This document shows positions 1 to 8,175 of a DNA stretch of 32,000 bases, one piece after another; position 1 is the stretch's first letter; every line of letters starts with the position of its first letter. The notes beneath the pieces were generated by a model. It was not told the origin of the DNA and searched no databases. It was given only the letters and a program-made list of their open reading frames with translations. The position numbers and the translations under genes were made by a program. The stretch is from positions 2,880,001-2,912,000 of the forward strand of contig NC_007517.1 of assembly GCF_000012925.1 (NCBI RefSeq). Direction: 5' to 3'. This stretch comes from Geobacter metallireducens GS-15. GTDB taxonomy: Bacteria > Desulfobacterota > Desulfuromonadia > Geobacterales > Geobacteraceae.

Positions 1-936
<936 letters not shown>

Positions 937-1541
937 TTGCCGCTAACAGCAATCCGCGCATCGGGATCAGTGGTGGAGGCATGGGTGTCGTTTTTGAGTT
1001 TCTCGCCGTGGAAGTCACGCTCCGTGTTCCGACCTACGGGAGGCTGTGGCCCATCCTTGGGCAGGAAGCTCTTGATGGAAGCCCATGCCTCGATGAGGGT
1101 GCCGTCAACACTGAAGTGCTCGTCGGACAACAGCTTTGCCCCTCGGGCTTGCTCAACCACCCTGGCCAGGAGCAACCGTGCCACGTCGGTATCGATCAAC
1201 CGCTCCAGGTTGGTGGAAAACGATGAGTGGTCCCAGACCTTCTCGTCCAAGGCCAGTCCCACAAACCAGCGGAACAGGATGCTGTAGCTGATCTGCTCCA
1301 CCAGCAGACGGTTACTCCTGATGGTGTACAGCGCTTGGAGCAGCAGGGCTTTGAGCAACTGCTCCGGCGGAATCGAGGGCCTGCCGGTGTGGGAATACAT
1401 AGCCTCGAATTGAGGGTTGAGCTCTGCAAGCGACTTGTCGACCATCGTCTTGATCGGACGCAGGGGGTGGTCCTTCGGGACGTACGATTCAAGGGACAGA
1501 TAGAAGAACAGGGCTTCGGTTTTTGTCTCGCTGCCGCGCAT
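937..1541 (-). pseudogene. IS5-family (DUF772/InsH-N type) transposase gene, 3'-truncated by the IS21 insertion
   Basis: The track ORF 909..1541 reads MRGSETKTEALFFYLSLESYVPKDHPLRPI...ILFRWFVGL...HASTTDPDARIAVSG. It then runs into the IS21 end sequence (NVKMTHLGN) and stops. Only about 200 N-terminal residues remain and the DDE catalytic domain is missing. Confidence 0.75.
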
Positions 1542-1645
1542 AACGTTTCTCCTGTAAATTCGTATTGTTACGCGCCAAAATATAGCACAATTCGCTAACT
1601 TATTGAATCAAAAAGGGTTAGTTTTTCAACAACCTGTTAGGGCGG
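937..1645 (-). mobile_element. Remnant of an IS5-family element (left end to disruption point); outer boundary approximate
   Basis: About 100 bp of non-coding sequence lies upstream of the transposase start. It includes GGTTAGTTTTTCAACAACCTGTTAGG (about 1616-1641), which resembles IS-end sequence. The boundary is not proven because no second end is available in the window. Confidence 0.4.
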
Positions 1646-1713
1646 CGCCTAACGACGTGGTTGGGAACTTTGTCTCAAATGTTCATTTTCAAAGGCTGGT
1701 CTACTTTTGCCCC

Positions 1714-2742
1714 TCATTGAAAGTCTCTTGACAACATTAATGACGCTGCTGAAGGATCTATAACAGCACCGTTTAATTCCTTCGCGATTCTATAGCCTTT
1801 TTCTCTAAATTCTGACAATGATTCGGTAACTTGACGTAAAGAAGAAGTGTCTATTATTAGCCGCAATGCAGTCCCATCAAGTTGCGTTACAACATTCCGC
1901 TTGCTTCGCTCTCTGAGCATTATTCCGCTCGATTTGCTGCATATAAAAAAACTTCCTCCATTTCGACATAATTCGCTGGTCATAAAGAGCCCAAACCCAG
2001 AATTGCTCCAGTGTCCCTTGCCTTTATTTGTCTTAGCGCCCCTGTACGCCTTTCCTGATACACCAGGGAGTAGAGCGCAATTCAGGGCATCTTTATCAGT
2101 TTCAATAAGTAAAAAAGGATTGTTTTTCAAACTTTCTTTTATTCCTATTCCGTTGTCCAGAATGGCAATCTCTACCATATGTTTAGTAGGCCAGTACTGG
2201 CCACAGATGCCTATTCTCTTTGCTCCACTATGCTCAACAACATTTCGGAACATCTCACGTAATGAAAATTCAAGTGTGTCGACTAAATCGCCATCATTTC
2301 TCCGGGTCAGCATTTTAGCGAGGTCTCTTGCTTTACTTTCTAATACATCACCAATATGTACTCCTTCAGTATGGGATTCAGATCTTATTTGATCCACATT
2401 GAAAATAGTGATTGGTATATAGTAAGCACTGCCTTTGGCCTGACCAGCGTTGTTCCCAAAATCTAAACCAAAGGATTTAAAAAATCCCATATGTGCAGCA
2501 TAAAGATGAGCGTTATATATATTAAAGCGAGCGACCTTCAACGTGATGCCAGGTGTGTCACCTAGAAAATTTGCAAGATGGTATGATACATACAAGAGAG
2601 CAAAAGGCTCTACCCACGATAACAATATAAAATCGAATATGTATTCTTTTGCAGGTGGAAGTTCGTATATTTGATGAATGAAGGATATTGCATTTTCAAT
2701 GTCGAGACGCGCGGGAACCTGAACCGTTACAGAATTATCCAT
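1714..2742 (-). CDS. Orphan GHKL-type (HATPase_c, RsbW/SpoIIAB-like) ATP-binding protein with uncharacterised N-terminal domain, 342 aa
   Basis: ORF with SD AGAGGAAA 8 nt upstream of the ATG. N-box-like REMFRNVVEHS, G1-like ILDNGIGI and G2-like NSGFGLFM motifs occur in the order expected for a Bergerat ATP-binding fold. The gene is strongly AT-rich (sampled lines give about 28-43% GC) against flanks over 60% GC. Confidence 0.6.
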   Translation of the reverse strand: MDNSVTVQVPARLDIENAISFIHQIYELPPAKEYIFDFILLSWVEPFALLYVSYHLANFLGDTPGITLKVARFNIYNAHLYAAHMGFFKSFGLDFGNNAGQAKGSAYYIPITIFNVDQIRSESHTEGVHIGDVLESKARDLAKMLTRRNDGDLVDTLEFSLREMFRNVVEHSGAKRIGICGQYWPTKHMVEIAILDNGIGIKESLKNNPFLLIETDKDALNCALLPGVSGKAYRGAKTNKGKGHWSNSGFGLFMTSELCRNGGSFFICSKSSGIMLRERSKRNVVTQLDGTALRLIIDTSSLRQVTESLSEFREKGYRIAKELNGAVIDPSAASLMLSRDFQ

Positions 2743-2799
2743 TTAATATTTCCTCTTTGCCCAACGGGCGAGAGTTGACCGGGCAGCTTTTTGGACCGG

Positions 2800-2878
2800 A
2801 AGCTAATTCTGGAAGCTAATTCTGGGGACATCATACTTAATTCTTAAGCTAATTCTGGGGACATCATACTTAATTCTT
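2800..2878. repeat. Tandem direct repeat: 33-bp unit AAGCTAATTCTGGGGACATCATACTTAATTCTT x2 preceded by a 13-bp partial unit
   Basis: Read directly. The partial unit AAGCTAATTCTGG is at 2800-2812. Full identical units are at 2813-2845 and 2846-2878. Confidence 0.95.
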
Positions 2879-3084
2879 CAGGTACGAAAAAAGGGACAGG
2901 CTACTTTTCCACCACATTATATGGCCTTCAATGCTTCTCAAAAAGCAGCCTGGCCCCTTTTCTGCCCCTGCTCAGCAGAAAAACGGCTAACTCCCCCATG
3001 CGCTCTTGAGTTTTCAACCTCTTGCAGCAAGCATCCCTGCATATTGATAGATAGCCTTTCAATTTACAGGGCTCACCACCAACC

Positions 3085-4167
3085 TCAGAACACCGAAAAC
3101 TTCACATACCGCTTGGGATTCTCCTTGATGTCCTTCACTAGGAGATCCAGGTCGTCCACGGTCCGGTTGAGTCGGTCGTAGAGTTCCCGGTCCGACAGGA
3201 GCTTGCCGGCGGTCCCCTCGCCCCTCTGGAGCCGGGCGGTGACCTCTTCCAGGGACTTGAGGGAGGTGTCGGCCCGGTTGATGAGGGTGAGTCCCCGGTC
3301 GTAGAACTCCCGGTCGGCCACGAGCTTGCCCAGGGTGCCATCCTTGGAGAGGAGCCTGCGGTTCAGTTCCCGGACCTCGTCGGCAGCGGTGCCGGCCTTG
3401 CTGGCCACGGCCACAAGCTTGTCGTAGAGTTCCCGGTCGTGGATGAGCTTGCTCATGGTCCCCTCCGACGACTGGATGTCGGTGAGGGTGTTGTCGGCCC
3501 GGTTGAGGATGCTCATGAGCTTCTCGTAGGGCTCCCGGCTCTTGTTAAGCATGCCGAGAGTCCCCTCGCCACGGTTGACGGATACGGCGACGGCGTTCAG
3601 CTCGGTGGTGAGGCGCACCAAGCTGTCATAAAGCTTCGGGTCGCTGGCGAAGCGCCCCAGGGTTCCTTCCCCCCGCTCGGTCTTGGCCACGATGGCGTCC
3701 ACCCGGTCGAAGGCCCTGCCCGCCTTCTGCACCACGTCGTCCAGCTTCGGCATGGGGGTGCCCTGAAGCCTCGTCACCGGCTTCGCCACGATTTCCCGGG
3801 TCGGCGTGATGTCCACGTATTTCTCTCCCATGAGCCCCCGGGTTTTGACGGTTACGACAGAGTCGGCGCCGATCTTCTTCAGGGCCTCCCGGTCCACCTC
3901 TAGGACGATCTCCACCTCGTTGGTGGCCTCGGGGCGTTCGAAATGGATCTGGGTCACGACCCCCACATCGACCCCGGCGAGCCAGACGGGCGCCCCCGCC
4001 TTGAGCCCTGCCACATCGGCCATGATGACCGAGAGCCTCCCCTTGGGGACAAAGAACTTGGTTTTGTCCCCCATGAGGAGAACGCCGCCGGCGAAGAAGG
4101 CCAAGGCCACCAGGATGAAGATTCCACCCTTGAGTTGGGACCACGATACGTTGTCGCTTCGTTTCAT
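3085..4167 (-). CDS. mlaD: MlaD/MCE-domain substrate-binding protein of an Mla-like ABC transporter, with C-terminal repeat region
   Basis: N-terminal TM helix plus an MCE domain (GRLSVIMADVAGLKAGAPVWLAGVDVGVV...GLMGEKYVDITP). Its ATG overlaps the mlaF stop (ATGA at 4164-4167). Confidence 0.85.
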   Translation of the reverse strand: MKRSDNVSWSQLKGGIFILVALAFFAGGVLLMGDKTKFFVPKGRLSVIMADVAGLKAGAPVWLAGVDVGVVTQIHFERPEATNEVEIVLEVDREALKKIGADSVVTVKTRGLMGEKYVDITPTREIVAKPVTRLQGTPMPKLDDVVQKAGRAFDRVDAIVAKTERGEGTLGRFASDPKLYDSLVRLTTELNAVAVSVNRGEGTLGMLNKSREPYEKLMSILNRADNTLTDIQSSEGTMSKLIHDRELYDKLVAVASKAGTAADEVRELNRRLLSKDGTLGKLVADREFYDRGLTLINRADTSLKSLEEVTARLQRGEGTAGKLLSDRELYDRLNRTVDDLDLLVKDIKENPKRYVKFSVF

Positions 4168-4952
4168 GTCGTTGTTGTTTCCGTGTGATTGTTAGTGGTG
4201 TACCTGAACAGTGAACGGTCCGTCGGTGTCAGAAACTCGCGTATTTCCGGTGTATCGCACCGCCTCATCTCCTCTTCCGTCCCCTCGAAGGCGAGCCGGG
4301 CATGGTGGAGGAACGAAAACCTCCGGGAAACGGCAAAGGCGGTCTCCAGGTCGTGGGTCACCATGAGGGTGGTCTTCCCCTCCCCCTGGAGTCGGAGCAT
4401 CAGGTGCCGGATGTTGTAGACCCCGACGGGGTCGAGGCCGGTGGTGGGCTCGTCGAAAAAGATGTACTCCGGCTCCGCCGCCAACCCCCGGGCAATGGCG
4501 ACCCGTTTCTTCATACCGCCGGAGAGCTCGGCCGGATAGAGGTCGATGGTCTGTTCGAGCCCCACGAAGGAGAGCTTTTCGAGCACGATCCGCTCGATTT
4601 CCTTCTCGGAAAGACGCCCCTCCTCGAAGAGGCGGTACCCCACGTTTTCCCCCACGGTCATGGAGTCGAAGAGGGCCCCCCCCTGGAAGACGATAGCGAT
4701 CTTCTTCCTGACCTGGATCAGTTGCCGCTCCCGCATCCCGCAGATGGAGACGCCGTCGATGGAGATGGTTCCACCATCGGGCTTCAATAGCCCCAGCATG
4801 AGCCTCAGGATGGTGGTCTTCCCGGCCCCGCTCATGCCGAGGATGGTCCGGTTCACCCCCGGCTCCAGAAAGAGGTCGAAGCGGTCGAGGATCGTGCGTC
4901 CCCCCACCGCGTAGGAAACCTGGTCCATCCGTATGCCACGTTCGACAGTCAC
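4164..4952 (-). CDS. mlaF: ABC transporter ATP-binding protein (MlaF-like)
   Basis: Walker A GMSGAGKTT, signature LSGGMKKRV, Walker B IFFDEPTTGLD and H-loop VTHD. GTG start at 4952 preceded by AGGTGA. Confidence 0.9.
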   Translation of the reverse strand: MTVERGIRMDQVSYAVGGRTILDRFDLFLEPGVNRTILGMSGAGKTTILRLMLGLLKPDGGTISIDGVSICGMRERQLIQVRKKIAIVFQGGALFDSMTVGENVGYRLFEEGRLSEKEIERIVLEKLSFVGLEQTIDLYPAELSGGMKKRVAIARGLAAEPEYIFFDEPTTGLDPVGVYNIRHLMLRLQGEGKTTLMVTHDLETAFAVSRRFSFLHHARLAFEGTEEEMRRCDTPEIREFLTPTDRSLFRYTTNNHTETTTT

Positions 4953-4956
4953 TCGA

Positions 4957-5718
4957 TCACCTGAAAACTATGAAAATCTTCGTCATAAAGAAATCGCAGA
5001 CGAGCACCATGATGGACGAGACGACCACCGCCCGCTTGGCCGCGGCCCCCACCCCCTCGGCCCCGCCGCTGGTGGTGAGCCCCGCGTACGAGCCGATCAT
5101 GGCGATGAGAAAGCCGAAGACAAAGGGTTTCGCCACCCCTTCGACGAGATCCTGGAAGACCATGAACTGGGAGAGGGATTTCCAGTACATGAGCAGGTTG
5201 ATGTCGTAGCCGGAGGCGATGACGTATCCCCCCAGGAGCGCCAGGGCGTCGGTAACGACGGCCAGAAGCGGCATGGCCACGAGCATTGCCTTGAGCCGCG
5301 AGGTGACGAGCCGTGTGATGATGTCGGTCCCCTCCACCCGCATGGCGTCCACCTGCTCGGTGACGACCATGGTGCCCAGCTCGGCAGTAATGGACGAGCC
5401 GACCCGCCCTGCCACCATGAGGGAGGAGAGGACCGGCCCCAACTCCTTCACCATGGTGACCGCCACCATCCCCCCCACGTAGCTGGTGGCGGCGAAGGGC
5501 TTCAGCTGGATGAGGGCCTGGAGCGCCATGACCATGCCGGTGAAGAGCCCCGTGAGGCAGACGATAAAAAGGGAGCCGACCCCCATCTTGTCCAGTTGGG
5601 TGATGAACTCCCGATAGTACCAGGGCCTGCGGAAAATCCGTACGACGGCCCTGGCCGAAAGGACGAAGAACGCCTGCAATTCCTGGAGAAACCATTTGAC
5701 CGTGCGCTCTGGGTTCAT
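4957..5718 (-). CDS. mlaE: ABC transporter permease (MlaE-like)
   Basis: 253-aa polytopic protein with MlaE-family features (..ELGPVLSSLMVAGRVGSSITAELGTM..). Its ATG overlaps the lon stop (ATGA at 5715-5718). Confidence 0.88.
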   Translation of the reverse strand: MNPERTVKWFLQELQAFFVLSARAVVRIFRRPWYYREFITQLDKMGVGSLFIVCLTGLFTGMVMALQALIQLKPFAATSYVGGMVAVTMVKELGPVLSSLMVAGRVGSSITAELGTMVVTEQVDAMRVEGTDIITRLVTSRLKAMLVAMPLLAVVTDALALLGGYVIASGYDINLLMYWKSLSQFMVFQDLVEGVAKPFVFGFLIAMIGSYAGLTTSGGAEGVGAAAKRAVVVSSIMVLVCDFFMTKIFIVFR

Positions 5719-8039
5719 ACCGGTTGCAGCACCACCTGAACCGCCTCGCGCACGTCATCCACAAAGACGAAGGCGATCTCCCCCTTCACGTCGTCGGGGA
5801 TGTCCTCCAGGTTCTCCCGGTTACGGGCAGGGGCCACCACAGTCTTCACCCCGGCGCGCCGGGCCGCCAGCACCTTCTCCTTGAGCCCGCCGATGGCCAG
5901 GACCCGCCCCGTGAGGCTGATCTCGCCGGTCATGGCCACGTCGCGGCGGGCCGGCCGCACCGACAGGAGCGACACGATGGCGATCACCATGGTGATCCCC
6001 GCCGACGGCCCATCCTTGGGGATGGCGCCGGCCGGCACGTGGATGTGGATATCGGTGTCGGCGAAGGCGGTCTCGCCCACCCCCCACTCGGCGCCATTGG
6101 CCCGCACGAAGGAGAGGGCCGCCCGGGCCGATTCCTTCATGACATCCCCCAGGGAACCGGTGAGGATCAGCTCCCCCTTCCCCTTCATCCGGGTTGCCTC
6201 CACGAAGATGATGTCGCCGCCGGTCTCGGTCCAGGCAAGCCCCGTGACGACCCCCACCCGGTCCTTCTCCGAGGCCACCTCGTTGAAGAAGGTCCGGGGG
6301 CCAAGAAACTCCTCCACCACCGCCGGGGTGATGGTTTCCCGCAGTGGCTTCCCCTGGGTGATCTCCTTGGCCACCTTGCGGCAGACCGAGGCGATGTTCC
6401 GCTGGAGGTTCCGCACCCCCGCCTCCCGGGTGTAGTCCCGGATGATCTTGAAGAGCGCCTCGTCGGCAAAGGCCGGCGGATTTTTCGCCAGACCGTTCTC
6501 CTCGACCTCCCGGGGAACCAGATAGCGGACCGCGATCTTCTCCTTCTCCTCGTCGGTGTAGCCCGAAAGCCGGATCACCTCCATCCGGTCCTTAAGGGCA
6601 GCGGGGACCGGGTCAAGCTGGTTCGCCGTGGTGATGAACATGACGTTGGAGAGATCGAAGGGGACATCCAGGTAGTGGTCGGTAAAGGTGTTGTTTTGCT
6701 CCGGGTCCAGCACCTCCAGGAGTGCGCTGGCCGGATCCCCCCGAAAGTCGAGGCCGATCTTGTCCACCTCGTCCAGCATGAAGACCGGATTGTTGGTGCC
6801 GCAGCGGTAGAGCTCCTGGATGATCCGGCCCGGGAGGGCGCCGATGTAGGTGCGGCGGTGGCCGCGGATCTCCGCCTCGTCCCGCATCCCCCCCAGGGAC
6901 ATCCGGATGAATTTCCGCCCCAGTGCCCGGGCGATGGACTTGCCGAGGCTTGTCTTCCCCACCCCCGGCGGCCCCACGAAGCAGAGGATCGGCCCCTTCA
7001 TTTTCTCCCGCAGGGTCCGGACCGCCAGGTATTCAAGGATCCGCTCCTTCACCTTCTTGAGGTTGTAGTGGTCCTCGTCCAGCACCGCCTCGGCCTTGTT
7101 GATGTCGTTATTGTCCCTGGTGGCGTTCTTCCAGGGCATGCCGGCCAGATAGTCCAGGTAAGTGCGGGCGACCGTGTACTCGGGGGAAGCGGGATTGATC
7201 CGCTCGACCCGCTTCAGTTCCTTGTCAGCGACCTTGCGCACCTCCGAGGGCATGCCGGCCGCATCGATCTTCTTCCGAAGGTCGGTCATCTCGGCGGCGC
7301 GGGTATCCTCCTCCCCCAGTTCCTCCTGGATCTGCTTCATCTGCTCCCGCAGCAGGTACTCCTTCTGGCTCTTGCCGACCCGCTTGGTCACCTCGGCCTG
7401 GACCTCCCCCTTCACCTGGAGCCGCTGCACCTCGCTCGTCAGGTGCATGTAGACCTTCTTGAGCCGCTCCAGGGGGTCGATGGTCTCCAGAAGTTGTTGC
7501 TGCTCATCCAGGGGAAGATTCACGTAGAGGGCCACGAGATCCGCCAGCCGCGCAGGGTTGTCGATGAGATCGATCATCTTCATGACATCCTCGGGGAGGG
7601 GGCGGCCGTAGGAAAGGGCAATCTTGAGGAGGGCATTGAGGCTCTGGACCAAGGCCTCGGAAACCATGGAGCGCTCCACGAACTCGTGGATCGGCTCGCA
7701 GTGGCCCTGAAGGTGATGGTTGAACTCTACCACCTCCGTCACCCGGACCCGGGCAACCCCCTCCAGGACAATCTTCGCCCCCCCTTCGGAGAGATGCTGA
7801 ATCTGGTTGACCTTGCAGAGGGTCCCGACCTCGAAAAAAGGGGGGATACCGCCGGGAGCGGCCTCATCTCGGGGGCGGACGAGGGTCACGAGCTGGTCAT
7901 CTTCCAGCATCTCCTCGAAACGGGCAAGCTCCTCGTCCTTCAGGAACAGGGGAAAAATCATGTAGGGAAAGGCCACGATCTCCCGGACGGGATAAAGCGG
8001 CACGACGGCAGGTATCGTTATCGACACGGTTTCGGACAT
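5715..8039 (-). CDS. lon: ATP-dependent Lon protease (LonA)
   Basis: 774 aa. It has a LON N-domain, AAA+ Walker A GPPGVGKTS, Walker B FMLDEVDK, and a protease domain with PKDGPSAG and a downstream Lys. Confidence 0.96.
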   Translation of the reverse strand: MSETVSITIPAVVPLYPVREIVAFPYMIFPLFLKDEELARFEEMLEDDQLVTLVRPRDEAAPGGIPPFFEVGTLCKVNQIQHLSEGGAKIVLEGVARVRVTEVVEFNHHLQGHCEPIHEFVERSMVSEALVQSLNALLKIALSYGRPLPEDVMKMIDLIDNPARLADLVALYVNLPLDEQQQLLETIDPLERLKKVYMHLTSEVQRLQVKGEVQAEVTKRVGKSQKEYLLREQMKQIQEELGEEDTRAAEMTDLRKKIDAAGMPSEVRKVADKELKRVERINPASPEYTVARTYLDYLAGMPWKNATRDNNDINKAEAVLDEDHYNLKKVKERILEYLAVRTLREKMKGPILCFVGPPGVGKTSLGKSIARALGRKFIRMSLGGMRDEAEIRGHRRTYIGALPGRIIQELYRCGTNNPVFMLDEVDKIGLDFRGDPASALLEVLDPEQNNTFTDHYLDVPFDLSNVMFITTANQLDPVPAALKDRMEVIRLSGYTDEEKEKIAVRYLVPREVEENGLAKNPPAFADEALFKIIRDYTREAGVRNLQRNIASVCRKVAKEITQGKPLRETITPAVVEEFLGPRTFFNEVASEKDRVGVVTGLAWTETGGDIIFVEATRMKGKGELILTGSLGDVMKESARAALSFVRANGAEWGVGETAFADTDIHIHVPAGAIPKDGPSAGITMVIAIVSLLSVRPARRDVAMTGEISLTGRVLAIGGLKEKVLAARRAGVKTVVAPARNRENLEDIPDDVKGEIAFVFVDDVREAVQVVLQPV

Positions 8040-8094
8040 AGTTATCGGATCCTCGGGTCGAACGGGGCTCGGGGTGGCTGGCGGCTACATAATC

Positions 8095-8123
8095 AGACTA
8101 GCCGCTGAGGCCGCTCCTGTCAA
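8095..8123 (-). promoter_or_regulatory. Candidate sigma70 promoter for lon (TTGACA-17 nt-TAGTCT)
   Basis: The minus strand reads ccTTGACAggagcggcctcagcggcTAGTCTgattatg, about 55-60 nt upstream of the lon ATG. This is a motif match only. Confidence 0.3.
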
Positions 8124-8175
8124 GGAACGACGCGGGAAACGAGCCCTGTCGCGGGGATAGCGCCGGAGAGCGGCT

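Noticed and set aside
2888-2968. Words such as AAAAAGGGACAGGCTACTTTTCC and AAAAAGCAGCCTGGCCCCTTTTC as possible terminators or a tRNA-like att site
   Set aside because: They have no convincing stem-loop and no tRNA cloverleaf. Their similarity to the 1695-1712 word is short and could be chance. It is mentioned only under the tandem-repeat finding.
2921-3181. 86-aa ORF on the + strand between the tandem repeat and mlaD
   Set aside because: It has no SD and a Cys/Ser/Pro-rich, non-protein-like composition. It also runs into the 3' end of mlaD on the opposite strand.
5724-8108. 794-aa ORF on the + strand
   Set aside because: It lies entirely antisense to lon, which has unambiguous motifs. Its R/G/P/H/L-rich composition is typical of shadow ORFs in high-GC DNA, and I recognise no motif in it.
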